64,000 nt of DNA from Candidatus Fermentibacterota bacterium. Its GTDB lineage: Bacteria > Fermentibacterota > Fermentibacteria > Fermentibacterales > JCC-6. Made by a program: the position numbers and the translations under genes. The DNA lies in the NCBI GenBank assembly GCA_030592645.1, contig JAUVIR010000004.1, positions 1,036-65,035 of the forward strand, in the 5' to 3' direction. Positions within the stretch are counted from its first letter, which is position 1; each line of letters starts with the position of its first letter. The notes below the pieces were generated by a model. The model did no database searches. It was not told the origin of the DNA and worked only from the letters and a program-made list of their open reading frames with translations. Of this stretch, positions 39,433 through 49,407 are shown piece by piece.

Positions 39433-40693
39433 TGAAAATGATCCTGCCGTTAACTTCGACCCTGACCGGATGCTCTCCTTCGGGAAGCCTCAGGCGAGCT
39501 ACAAATATCCCGGAGGGCAGTGTCAGCCACGCCCTCAAATCCGCCCGTTCGGTGACTGCCCCGACAATGCTCAAAAGGAGACCTGTAACCTGGGATATTC
39601 CACTGTTCTCTTCTGTAAGCTCCTCTACAATCTGTTCCCCTGCCTCCGCCACGCCTGCCTTCAGTGCCAGCCTGGCGATAGACCTCGCAATATCACGCCC
39701 TGCCTGGTCCTCAAGATTCTTTCTGGCTATGCCCGTAAGATCTTCGGCAAGGAACCCGGAAACCTGCGTGTTTCCCGAAGAAAGGGTCACAGACCAGGAC
39801 TCACGCCGCCGGGCCGCTATAGCCGGAAGAGAGACTCTGTATACCCGATCGTTGAGAACAAAGGTATAGGATTTTTCTACTCTTGCAGGGATCATTCCCG
39901 CTTCGAGGATAACAACTACTTCTCCGTGATCCTGATCCGGGCCATCGTTCTCCCAGCTGACCCCGGGCCACTGCGAGGAGTAATCCTGATAGATAGACTG
40001 CATACCAAGTGTGCTGGATAACCTGAGAATGTCAGATCTTACACGCTGGGGAGCCGGGAGTCCGTAATCTGCCGCATACGAGGAATCGTATACTGAGGCG
40101 CTGTTCCTGTAAGCTATCAGTGCGTTATTGAGATCTCCTGCTTTCTCGTAGAGAATCCCCATGAAGTATCTGATGAACGCATCATCGCTGTACCTGTTCT
40201 TGTTCTCTTCATAACTCTGGTTCAGCACTCGCAGTTTGTCGTTAACCCTTCTGCATTCAACCAGAGCATCTTCCATATTGTTCTGCGAAGCATAACTTAC
40301 CGCTAAACAGTAATTTATAAAAACCTTTTCGTAATCTGCCCCTCTGAATTCAAGAGCCAGATCACTGCTTAAAAATGCCTCTACTTCCTGTCCCAGCTCT
40401 ATTCCGCGCTGCTGATCGCTCAGTCTGTCCGCCTGAAGAAGCAGGTTCTCAGCAGCGGTAAAATCACCTGTCAGCCGCATGAGGTTGCCAAGCTCCATAA
40501 GGTAGAGAAGCCTGTCCCTGCCTGTGGAATCAGTAAAATTCTCCCTGAATTCCTCTATGGCAAGATCAGGCCTGTCCATCCTGAGGCTTGAGGTCACCGG
40601 CCTCATTTCTCTTGTATAATCAGTTGCGCAGCCGGACATCACAACTGCTGATGCAATCGCGACAGTGGTAAACAACCAGGCTGGTTTGATCAT
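39371..40693 (-). CDS. lipoprotein with TPR-like helical repeats, function unknown
   Basis: Signal and lipobox 'AVVMSGC'; helical repeat-rich; 440 aa. Confidence 0.5.
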   Translation of the reverse strand: MIKPAWLFTTVAIASAVVMSGCATDYTREMRPVTSSLRMDRPDLAIEEFRENFTDSTGRDRLLYLMELGNLMRLTGDFTAAENLLLQADRLSDQQRGIELGQEVEAFLSSDLALEFRGADYEKVFINYCLAVSYASQNNMEDALVECRRVNDKLRVLNQSYEENKNRYSDDAFIRYFMGILYEKAGDLNNALIAYRNSASVYDSSYAADYGLPAPQRVRSDILRLSSTLGMQSIYQDYSSQWPGVSWENDGPDQDHGEVVVILEAGMIPARVEKSYTFVLNDRVYRVSLPAIAARRRESWSVTLSSGNTQVSGFLAEDLTGIARKNLEDQAGRDIARSIARLALKAGVAEAGEQIVEELTEENSGISQVTGLLLSIVGAVTERADLRAWLTLPSGIFVARLRLPEGEHPVRVEVNGRIIFSDESMSIDSGEINLLFLREG

Positions 40694-40757
40694 GATTGGG
40701 ACATCTCCCCAACAGGACAGTTCATTCAGATACTCCGAAGTACTCGGAGAAAAGTTC

Positions 40758-41360
40758 CTACCACTCGATCATCTTCTTGATCTCGAGACTGCCTATCCAG
40801 GATTTAAGTGCAGTTTCGACGTCTATGAGTTCAAGGCTGATCTGGTAGTAAATACTTCTGGTACTGCCTTCTTCATCAACTATCGACCCGATACTGCCTG
40901 TCATTACAAAGTCTGCACCGATCTCATGGCCAAATGCGGCAGCAGTTGCAGGTGAGGCGAAAATGGTCTGATCCGCTCTTTCAGCCCTGACTTCCCCTCT
41001 GCTGTCTCCGCCGGCTGCAATCTGAGCCCTGCCTGATTCCAGAAGAGACTGTTCTATCGCATTCATGAAGATATCTGTATTTATGTGTTCCGAACTCTCA
41101 TTGTAGATTCCGCCTACAACAATGACAGGTCTGGCTTCTGAAGCCCCTCTTCCTGCCCTGGAGGAAAATTCCGAAAGCCATGTACCGCTGAGGCAGTGAA
41201 TAACCATTGTATCAGCCACCATGTGGGCATCAGTTTCGTTCCAGTAACCGCTGAGATCGGTTACCGTGTCCGGATCGGTCCGGGTAACTTCTCTGCCTCC
41301 GCAACCGATAATAAGCACAGTTACAGCAGAAATTGCGAGGATCTTCAATAAATTACTCAT
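40758..41360 (-). CDS. lipoprotein, possibly LpoB-like
   Basis: Lipobox 'LIIGCGG'; size and layout resemble LpoB/COG3417, a weak call. Confidence 0.35.
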   Translation of the reverse strand: MSNLLKILAISAVTVLIIGCGGREVTRTDPDTVTDLSGYWNETDAHMVADTMVIHCLSGTWLSEFSSRAGRGASEARPVIVVGGIYNESSEHINTDIFMNAIEQSLLESGRAQIAAGGDSRGEVRAERADQTIFASPATAAAFGHEIGADFVMTGSIGSIVDEEGSTRSIYYQISLELIDVETALKSWIGSLEIKKMIEW

Positions 41361-41383
41361 ACTCTATTCCTTTCCGTTTAAGT

Positions 41384-42238
41384 TTAAATCTGTTCCATCC
41401 AGGGTATCGGAACCACTCCCCGGAAAATTACGTTGTAGTACCCGCTCTCCCTCAGCGCTGTTCCCTTAAAAGGAGGGTTAAGGGGCTTCAGTATCAATGC
41501 GTACGGTGATTGCATATCTGAGATCGTATCGGGAGGCTGCTCCCACGCATCGCGCGTCCATTCCCACATTATACGATCCTCAGGTGCCTGATTTTCGGAG
41601 AACATGGCCAATCCTGCAGGAGATGTTCCTATGATGCCTGAAAGGGTCATGGATATGAAATCGGAATAAGCGTTCATGACTTCCCATGTATCTTCAATTC
41701 CAATTGCTCCGGCCTCCACAGCGGCAGCTATTTCCACCCTTGTGGGAAGTCTTTTACCGTTATCACCAAGGTAGAGCCTTGCAGCATCGAACGTCACTGA
41801 TGTAGCAGGGATATCAAAACACCCGGTCTGAACTGTAACGCCGGTTACTCCGTTTTGAGCGTTCTTGTAGATGACCCAAGGGGTATACCTGACGAAAACG
41901 ATATTCCTGAAATCTTCTCCCATGTTCTCACCTGGCATCAGCAGTTCTTCCTGTCCGGTGATGTAGATCGGGATCTGTTCTACGTAGGATATCTCTTCTG
42001 CGAACCAGTCGAGAATATCTCTGCAGATGACGGGTTCTCTATCAATAAAATAGGGAGCGACATGGATACTGTCTCCGTCAATTATGACGGTTGCGGGAGC
42101 TATATACTCCATACCAGGAGGGGGCACGGGGAGATAGCAATCAGTACAGAATTCTCCGTCGTTTTCTGTACTGCATGCAGGGCAGGTCCATGCGGAAATA
42201 ATTGATACCAGAACAAATAACAAATAAATCACTTTCAA
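41384..42238 (-). CDS. secreted FGE-sulfatase/SUMF1-like domain protein with N-terminal Cys-rich ribbon
   Basis: 'GKRLPTRVEIAAAVEAG' resembles the 'RLPTEAEWEYAARGG' signature; N-terminal 'CPACS...CTDC'. Confidence 0.45.
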   Translation of the reverse strand: MKVIYLLFVLVSIISAWTCPACSTENDGEFCTDCYLPVPPPGMEYIAPATVIIDGDSIHVAPYFIDREPVICRDILDWFAEEISYVEQIPIYITGQEELLMPGENMGEDFRNIVFVRYTPWVIYKNAQNGVTGVTVQTGCFDIPATSVTFDAARLYLGDNGKRLPTRVEIAAAVEAGAIGIEDTWEVMNAYSDFISMTLSGIIGTSPAGLAMFSENQAPEDRIMWEWTRDAWEQPPDTISDMQSPYALILKPLNPPFKGTALRESGYYNVIFRGVVPIPWMEQI

Positions 42239-42291
42239 ATCGATACTCCTCCGTACTATTTCATGATGCTATGGAAAATAATCCATCCCCA

Positions 42292-45200
42292 TCAGAATTC
42301 AGCCCCGATGGTAACATTGTATTCAGGCTTGCGGGAAATGCCGCGAAGATCCGTACGCCATGCGATATCATGTTTCAGAAGAAGGTAACCGAGGTTGATC
42401 CTGTATCCGGTTCCCAGGCTCATCTTCAGATCATCAAGATGGAAACCTCCTGTGGTGGAAGCTCCATGAAAACTGGAAATATCATCGAGGGCACACCCCA
42501 GATCAAAGAACAGAACACCTCTTCCATTTCTGAAAACAAGCGGAAGGGGGGCATCAAGCGCAAGAGTATTCACGAAGGGCACTCTCAACTCACCTGTAAA
42601 GATGCCATACCGGCGTCCCTGAATAGTGGCGTAATCGTACCCCCTCAGGATATCACCCTGGTTTGAGTAAAAACCAAGCAGTTCATTTATGGTATCAACT
42701 TCTCCCCACAACAGCCTGTGAGGTATCGCGCCTCCAAGGAAGAACGTTTGCGCATCTGGCCCCCAGCTTGTTCCACCTGCAAGCCTTGTGGCGAATGTCA
42801 CTCTCTGGGACACCCATAAATAATTCCTGAGATCAAACAATATCGTACCGTAACTTGCTGATCCTGAAATAGATGGGGCATATTCAGCTACGATGCTGAA
42901 CCTGCTTCCGACCCGCGGTCCCACACTTCCCCAGAGGGCGTTATCAAAGACGACCCCGGCCTGCATGGAAATGATATCCTCATCAATATCAGCTGTAGAA
43001 TTCCAGGTTCCGGTTCGACTTAAATGCCTGTACTCCAGAGATCCGGTGACCCGCAGTGATGGGCTGAACGGATACCTGACCATAGCAAATCCGCCCATAT
43101 CAACATCTCTAACCTCTTCGTAATGGCCATCGGAAAATCTGAACAGATGCCTGTAGGATTGCCGCATAAGACCGAAGACATAATCGGTGCGATGGGGGAG
43201 ATAACCATAAAATACAGCCACATCCACATCGCTGAGACTGCCTCCGTTCAGGTTTGTATTCACCGCGATCTGGTGGTGAGCGAGAATGTCGCTGAGAATG
43301 AACTGAAAATAACCGGCAACACCAAGATAAGAGTCGTACGCTGCCATAGCGCTCGCGTAATCTATTGTCAGTCTCGGTGAGTAGGGGGAAATACTGCACA
43401 GGAACTCATCCTCGATGCAGGGAACAGATACATCCTCATCTGATGCAGGAGCTTCATTCGAAAGCTCAGAAAATGCGGTCGGAATCCCGGATACTGATCG
43501 AACACTCTGTTCTGATGTTGAATCATCAATTGGATAATACTCAGGAATGAGCCTGTTTTCCGCTTCGGCAGTGGTTACATGATATGATCCATGTTCACAT
43601 GCAATCACCCTTCTGTCCGTAATGTCGTATGCAAGAAAAACCCCGCTTCCGTTCCAGTCACTCGATACGAAAGTCAGGATATTGGTGGAAGAAGCCCAGG
43701 AAGGGGAATCGATGGTCCGGTAAAGGGCTGTAAGACGGACGATCTCATCGGTTTCTTCCGAAAGCAGGTAGAGATCAGGGAAACCGCTCATGTTTGACAT
43801 AAAGATAATCCCGTCCGGAACGCTGATGGGATACCTGATTTCGGAAGAATCAGCCAGTACAGTAACGGATTCTCCCTCAAGAGTGTATTCGATTATTCTC
43901 GTTTCTCCATCGGATGATTCAGCAGCGCAAAGGATCCTGTCATCGATCCAGGAGAGGTCTCGTTCACCTGATATGTCATCGTTTATCTGCGACAACTCCT
44001 GCTCCTGAATATCCCAGGCGTAAATATTCAGCAGACCGCCGTTCATACCTGCGAATCCGATGTATCTGCCGCAGGGAGACCAGGCCGGATCACGGATCAG
44101 CTCCATTTCAAAGGGGAGATTTTCCTGCTTTCCATCAGAACAGATGATCAGCTGATCTCCGGAAACGTACTGCGCCGCAACAACTATTGAATCAGCAGAC
44201 GGGGAAAAACTGCATACCCTGTACATAGGTGATACTGAGACATCAGAGATCCCTCCGGATACAAAAGATCTTTCCTCAACTTCACCCGTTACGGCTGATC
44301 TTACGGTCACTGCCAGGTGAGCATGATGAAATTCGACACCGGCAATGAGCCTCCCGTCAGCTGATACTATGGAATTGATCTGCATTATTCTTTCATCATC
44401 CCTGTAGATGGCATTTGCAATATCACTGGGACTTTCGCCGCAGGCCAGTTCCGACCAGTAGGTTTCCCGGGCCCATTCCAGGAATTTTTCACTGAATTGA
44501 GCACTGGACATGTCGAATACCGCGTTGAAGGGATCTCCGGATCTTCGCTCTGCATCTGAAGAACCATCCGATTCTGTGCTTGCAGTATAATCCCTCCCGC
44601 TTCGAATGTTGATTCGCTGAACGAATTCCCTGTATTTTTCCTCTCCATATCTTTCGTTCATGAAATGGTAGATCGCTTGACCTTCGCGGTAGACAAGGTA
44701 ATCATTTCTTCTGGAAAGCTGATCAATTGGAACGATCTGATAGGATATGACCATATCTCTGAATTCTGCTTCAGAAGCAGCATCCCAACCTATGGAGGTG
44801 TATTCTGCAAGACCCTCCATCATCCAGAGGGGTGTTCCTCCGGTGATAATGTTAATCAGGGAACGCCTGTAAAGCATATCAAAGATAAAAGCATGGTTGA
44901 GCTCATGGGCAATCACATGGCGAAACTCTGACCAGTAACCTGTGAAGGGGACTACAACTCTGCCTTTGTAGAACTCCGTGAATCCCCCGACTGCCTGTGA
45001 TATTTCGTATGGATTGATATCGGTCTGTCTGAAGTCGCCTGGAGAAACATAAAGCACGATAGGAATAGGTTCCGTCGGCATGTAATCGAATTCCTCGGAT
45101 AGTTTCAGCAATTCTCTTTCTGTATGTACTAAAAGAGTCTCAGCCGGTATTTCTCCACCCTGAGGAAAATATATGGTGAAATGCCTGCCGTGAATCTCCC

Positions 45201-45318
45201 ACCATTCCTGGTTTCCTATCTGAACCTTGTTGCGTCCATAAGAAGTTGCGAAACAGATCGAGAATAAAACAGGAAGAAACAGAATCAATGCCTTTTTCAT
45301 TTGACCTCCAGATAACAC
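42292..45318 (-). CDS. outer-membrane multidomain protein: N-terminal gluzincin metallopeptidase (HExxH...E), PD40/WD40-like beta-propeller, C-terminal beta-barrel
   Basis: Signal peptide; 'VIAHELNHAF' with 'WMMEGLAEY' downstream (HEXXH plus a distal Glu). TolB-like repeat blades in the middle. C-terminal alternating aromatic pattern ending in '...IGAEF'. Confidence 0.6.
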   Translation of the reverse strand: MLSGGQMKKALILFLPVLFSICFATSYGRNKVQIGNQEWWEIHGRHFTIYFPQGGEIPAETLLVHTERELLKLSEEFDYMPTEPIPIVLYVSPGDFRQTDINPYEISQAVGGFTEFYKGRVVVPFTGYWSEFRHVIAHELNHAFIFDMLYRRSLINIITGGTPLWMMEGLAEYTSIGWDAASEAEFRDMVISYQIVPIDQLSRRNDYLVYREGQAIYHFMNERYGEEKYREFVQRINIRSGRDYTASTESDGSSDAERRSGDPFNAVFDMSSAQFSEKFLEWARETYWSELACGESPSDIANAIYRDDERIMQINSIVSADGRLIAGVEFHHAHLAVTVRSAVTGEVEERSFVSGGISDVSVSPMYRVCSFSPSADSIVVAAQYVSGDQLIICSDGKQENLPFEMELIRDPAWSPCGRYIGFAGMNGGLLNIYAWDIQEQELSQINDDISGERDLSWIDDRILCAAESSDGETRIIEYTLEGESVTVLADSSEIRYPISVPDGIIFMSNMSGFPDLYLLSEETDEIVRLTALYRTIDSPSWASSTNILTFVSSDWNGSGVFLAYDITDRRVIACEHGSYHVTTAEAENRLIPEYYPIDDSTSEQSVRSVSGIPTAFSELSNEAPASDEDVSVPCIEDEFLCSISPYSPRLTIDYASAMAAYDSYLGVAGYFQFILSDILAHHQIAVNTNLNGGSLSDVDVAVFYGYLPHRTDYVFGLMRQSYRHLFRFSDGHYEEVRDVDMGGFAMVRYPFSPSLRVTGSLEYRHLSRTGTWNSTADIDEDIISMQAGVVFDNALWGSVGPRVGSRFSIVAEYAPSISGSASYGTILFDLRNYLWVSQRVTFATRLAGGTSWGPDAQTFFLGGAIPHRLLWGEVDTINELLGFYSNQGDILRGYDYATIQGRRYGIFTGELRVPFVNTLALDAPLPLVFRNGRGVLFFDLGCALDDISSFHGASTTGGFHLDDLKMSLGTGYRINLGYLLLKHDIAWRTDLRGISRKPEYNVTIGAEF

Positions 45319-45377
45319 TGTTCAGGCATTCGTAGTTCGACTATACTGCCAGGGTTCCCGCTCGAACAGGAGATACA

Positions 45378-45698
45378 ATGCGAATATACTTAAATGTCAT
45401 GATTCCGCTCATGATCGCTCTTTTTACACTGACATCCTGTGATGAACCGGATTCCTACAGTGCTATTTCAGATAATATGAAGAGTGAACTTCGTGAATGG
45501 GCGGGAATCCTCGCGAGGTACTGGATTCTGCCTCCGGGCGACAGCCTAAGCCCCGGGAAACCGGAGGACGCTGAATTACTCTCTCTGATACAGTCCTGCG
45601 AATCGAATCCGGAAGCGTGGGCTTATCTTTACAGCTGTATAGCCGACACTATAGCTACACTGGAACCTCCATTACCAGCATGCCAGATACCGGATTAG
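45378..45698 (+). CDS. small lipoprotein, function unknown
   Basis: Lipobox 'FTLTSC'; 106 aa; 9 nt upstream of the STAND gene. Confidence 0.45.
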   Translation: MRIYLNVMIPLMIALFTLTSCDEPDSYSAISDNMKSELREWAGILARYWILPPGDSLSPGKPEDAELLSLIQSCESNPEAWAYLYSCIADTIATLEPPLPACQIPD

Positions 45699-45707
45699 CA
45701 GGATATT

Positions 45708-48700
45708 ATGTTTAATGTAATTCCTCGTCCAGTTCAGGAACTGTACCTCAATAACGGGAAATCATCAGCCGGTGAAGGAATCATTCTGTATGCGGATATT
45801 TCAGGTTTCACTTCTATCACCGAGTCACTGCTTGAACACGGGAAAAAGGGTGCGGCAGTACTATCCGGGATACTGAACAAGGTATTTTCAAGAACAATAT
45901 ACGAAATCTACAGTAGTGGTGGGATAATAGCTGAATTTGAAGGGGACGCAATAATCGCTGTTTTTCCTGTCAGCAGTCCTGAAGCAGCTTATCATGCAGC
46001 CACTTCTCTTCAACGATATTTTGAGAGGGAAGCTATCTGGAAAACAGATATAGGCAAATGGCCAGTTTCGGTTAAACTATCCATCTCCTATGGACAGGTT
46101 GAATGGGGTATTATTGGCAATCGCAGGCTGGCATACTTCATTCAGGGTTCCGCTCTTGAAGCGGCAGCAAGAACCTCAGCTGACAGCAGTGCGGGTACTA
46201 TCGGTATTCAGCCAGATTTCTCAGATCTTATCTGGAATAAATACGGCAAATCACCGGATGAACTTACCGATACCGGTATCAAAAGAGAACAGTTAAGCTT
46301 GCGTCGAATACTGAAGAGCGTCGCGTCGAAATTCGTTTCGGAAAACGTACTGTCAAGCAGGCTGACTGGTGAGTTCAGATCGGTAACTCCTGTCTTTATT
46401 GATATCAGAAGTAAGGATGACAATGATTTTCGCGAATGCGTATCACTTATTCTTTCTACCGCCTCCATTTATGGCGGTGAGCTGAACGGGCTGTACTGTT
46501 CTAATCATGATTACGCGACTGCCCATGTTCTTTTCGGTGCACCTGTTTCATGGGAAAACAACACTTCCAGAGCTTTCGATTTTTCACAGAAGCTGCTTGA
46601 TGAACTTGGTAATTCCATTCGTGCAGGTATCTCGGAGGGAACTGTCTATGCAGGTATAACCGGAAGTTCTCAAAGGTGCGTATACACAGTTTACGGTGAT
46701 ACGGTGAATACAGCTGCAAGGCTTGTATCAATAGCGGAATACGGAGAGATACTGGTCACGGAAAAAGCGATCGGAAATAAAGGGCAACGGTATACATTTT
46801 CAGACACCAGACGCTGGTTACCAAGGGGCAAATCAGACGACATTCTTATAGGCAGACTGGACATTCTTAAGACCGCCAATGTCAGGAGAGCCCTTACCGG
46901 AAGGATGTTTGGGCGCTCCTCGCAGATGCGCCTTCTTACCCATTGCATCGAACCGGTATTGCAAGGGAGTTTCGCCGGTGCTGCAACGGTATACGGTGAG
47001 CCGGGCATAGGAAAATCAAGACTGCTCTTTGAAGTCGCACAGACATTCTCCGATCGCTGTCGAACCTATACAATGAAGTGCGATGATATTCTGAAAAGAA
47101 GCCTCAATCCGTTCGTTTACTTTCTTAAAGACCTTTTCGGGCAAAGTGAAACAGGAAACAAAGCTCAGAATGCTAAAACATTCAGTGAAAGAATGGAAAT
47201 TATTGTCCAGGATCTCTCGGCTGCCGCATCGACAGAGGATGATAATATCCTTTTAACTGAACTTGAAAGAGCTTCATCGATAATAGGCTCGATCCTTGGT
47301 CATTTCTGGAAGGATTCTGTTTATTCAAAACTAGCTGTTGAAAGCAGATTAGAGAACACCGCTCTGGCCTTGAAAACACTTGTAAGTGCCCTCTCCCGCA
47401 CAAAACCCACCATATTCATCATCGAAGATCTGCACTGGATGGATAACGATTCCAGAAAGGTTATCCGCATAGTGACCAGGAGTGTTGAAGAATACCCCTT
47501 CATAATTCTCTTCTCCAGCCGTTACTTCGATGACGGCTCCAAACCTCATGTTCCTATCGATCAAACTGCTGTTGCAGTTTCAATTGATCTTAAAGGTATT
47601 GACAGAGATTCCGTCAGGGGGATAATTCTGGATAGAATAGGAGCAGAACCAAGTGCCAAACTTGCCGATTTTATACTGAGTAATTCTTCAGGTAATCCTT
47701 TTTATACCGAGCAGTTCTGTCTCTATCTGAAGGAATCCGGTCTTATTTCCGAGAAATCCGGCAGATATTATCTATCCTCAGGGAAGTATGATATTCCATC
47801 TGGCATCAAATCCATTCTTGTTGCGCGAATGGACAGACTCCCGCGTAGTGTCAGGGAATTTCTCCAGACAGCTTCCGTGCTTGGTCAGGAATTCAGTGTC
47901 GATACACTGAACCTGATCTCCGGAAAATGGGGGAAGCAGGAGCTGCTCGATGAAGGAGAGCGACTTCATCTCTGGTCACGTCAGTCCGGTTCGGTATTTG
48001 CTTTTAATCATGCTCTATACCGGGATACTGCATACGGGATGCTTCTGGGAAAGAGCCTTCATAGACTACATTCAAAGGCTGCCGAGGTTCTGATCGAGAT
48101 CCATCGAAACGATCCTGAACCGTCAGCCGGTGAGATTGCCCTGCACCTTGGAGAATCTCTTCAGATATCCAGAGCGATCGACTGGGGCTGGAGAGCCCTC
48201 TGCTTTGCCGTGGAAAGCTACAGGGACAACGATATTCTTGAATGGTCCGACAAACTGAAAGACTGGTTAATCTCGATATCTTCAAAGGGAACCCGGAACG
48301 GACTTCTCATGGATGTGCTTCTGAAGAAGGATTCGGTGCTGTATTCCATGGGTAACCGGCAGGGCCAGAGGAAGAACATAGATCTGATGACAAAAATCTG
48401 TCAGGAGGAGAACTGGACACACCGGGCAGCAGAGTTGTTCAAAGTAAGAGGCGCCCTCTCATGGAAGACCGGTGATCTTGACAAAGCTTTCAGCCTGTTC
48501 GAAAAAGGCCTGGAGAGAGCGAATGATTCATTGGATTCTACAATCAAGGGCAAGCTGTATGGCAACATAGCAAATCTCTTTGCCACCAGAGGCAACGATC
48601 CCGAAGCTGGAAAGTACTACGACAGGGCACTTGAAATCCATAGGGAACTTGCCAGCCATAGAGAAGAAGGAATAACCCTCGGTAATCTGGCGATACTTCT

Positions 48701-49343
48701 AAGAAGAAACGGAAGAATCGATGAGGCCAGGAAGTGCTACGAAGAGGCTCTGACTCTCCATAGAGAAACCGGAAACAGGATCGGTGAGGGAAGGATACTC
48801 TGCGGTCTGGGCCACCTGGAAGAAGAACCTGAAGATGCACTGGCATGCTACGAAGACGCCCTGAAGATAAATCGCGAGATTGGAGACAGGCGCAACGAGG
48901 CCATCATCCTCAGCAATCTGGGCAGAATAGAAACCATGCAGGAAAAGTACGAAGCGGCAGCAGAACATCTTGATCAAGCGCTGGTGATACACAAACAAAT
49001 CGATAATTCAACCGGTGAGTCGGACACTCACTGCCTGTTCGGTGAGATGTTCTACTTCATGAAGAAGTGGAGTGAAGCTAAAAAGCACTTCATCGAAGCC
49101 ATAGATATAAGCAGGAGAACCGGGAGCAGCAGGCAGGAGTGTATCTATCAGGGATTACTGGGACTTGTAAACTTCGAAGATGGCAGCATCAAAGATGCAA
49201 TCGATTGCTACAGCAATACATATAAACTCATAATGAATCATCAGTTCCCCAGTTCAATAGATGATTCCCTTCAAATGCTCCGGGACAAACTACTGGCAGA
49301 AGGAATAAGTGAATCGGAAATACCTTACCCGGATCACTGGTGA
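45708..49343 (+). CDS. tandem class-III nucleotidyl cyclase domains fused to a STAND/AAA P-loop NTPase and C-terminal TPR array
   Basis: Two cyclase-homology segments ('LYADISGFT...FEGDAIIAVF' and 'YTVYGDTVNTAARL'), Walker A 'GEPGIGKSRLL', Walker B 'IFIIEDLHWMD', and more than 6 TPR repeats at the C-terminus. Confidence 0.75.
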   Translation: MFNVIPRPVQELYLNNGKSSAGEGIILYADISGFTSITESLLEHGKKGAAVLSGILNKVFSRTIYEIYSSGGIIAEFEGDAIIAVFPVSSPEAAYHAATSLQRYFEREAIWKTDIGKWPVSVKLSISYGQVEWGIIGNRRLAYFIQGSALEAAARTSADSSAGTIGIQPDFSDLIWNKYGKSPDELTDTGIKREQLSLRRILKSVASKFVSENVLSSRLTGEFRSVTPVFIDIRSKDDNDFRECVSLILSTASIYGGELNGLYCSNHDYATAHVLFGAPVSWENNTSRAFDFSQKLLDELGNSIRAGISEGTVYAGITGSSQRCVYTVYGDTVNTAARLVSIAEYGEILVTEKAIGNKGQRYTFSDTRRWLPRGKSDDILIGRLDILKTANVRRALTGRMFGRSSQMRLLTHCIEPVLQGSFAGAATVYGEPGIGKSRLLFEVAQTFSDRCRTYTMKCDDILKRSLNPFVYFLKDLFGQSETGNKAQNAKTFSERMEIIVQDLSAAASTEDDNILLTELERASSIIGSILGHFWKDSVYSKLAVESRLENTALALKTLVSALSRTKPTIFIIEDLHWMDNDSRKVIRIVTRSVEEYPFIILFSSRYFDDGSKPHVPIDQTAVAVSIDLKGIDRDSVRGIILDRIGAEPSAKLADFILSNSSGNPFYTEQFCLYLKESGLISEKSGRYYLSSGKYDIPSGIKSILVARMDRLPRSVREFLQTASVLGQEFSVDTLNLISGKWGKQELLDEGERLHLWSRQSGSVFAFNHALYRDTAYGMLLGKSLHRLHSKAAEVLIEIHRNDPEPSAGEIALHLGESLQISRAIDWGWRALCFAVESYRDNDILEWSDKLKDWLISISSKGTRNGLLMDVLLKKDSVLYSMGNRQGQRKNIDLMTKICQEENWTHRAAELFKVRGALSWKTGDLDKAFSLFEKGLERANDSLDSTIKGKLYGNIANLFATRGNDPEAGKYYDRALEIHRELASHREEGITLGNLAILLRRNGRIDEARKCYEEALTLHRETGNRIGEGRILCGLGHLEEEPEDALACYEDALKINREIGDRRNEAIILSNLGRIETMQEKYEAAAEHLDQALVIHKQIDNSTGESDTHCLFGEMFYFMKKWSEAKKHFIEAIDISRRTGSSRQECIYQGLLGLVNFEDGSIKDAIDCYSNTYKLIMNHQFPSSIDDSLQMLRDKLLAEGISESEIPYPDHW

Positions 49344-49407
49344 TAAAATGAACTGTCACTGTTAAAGCTGCTTCTGTTTGTGATTCTTTAACTGTGTCTG
49401 GAGTGAA

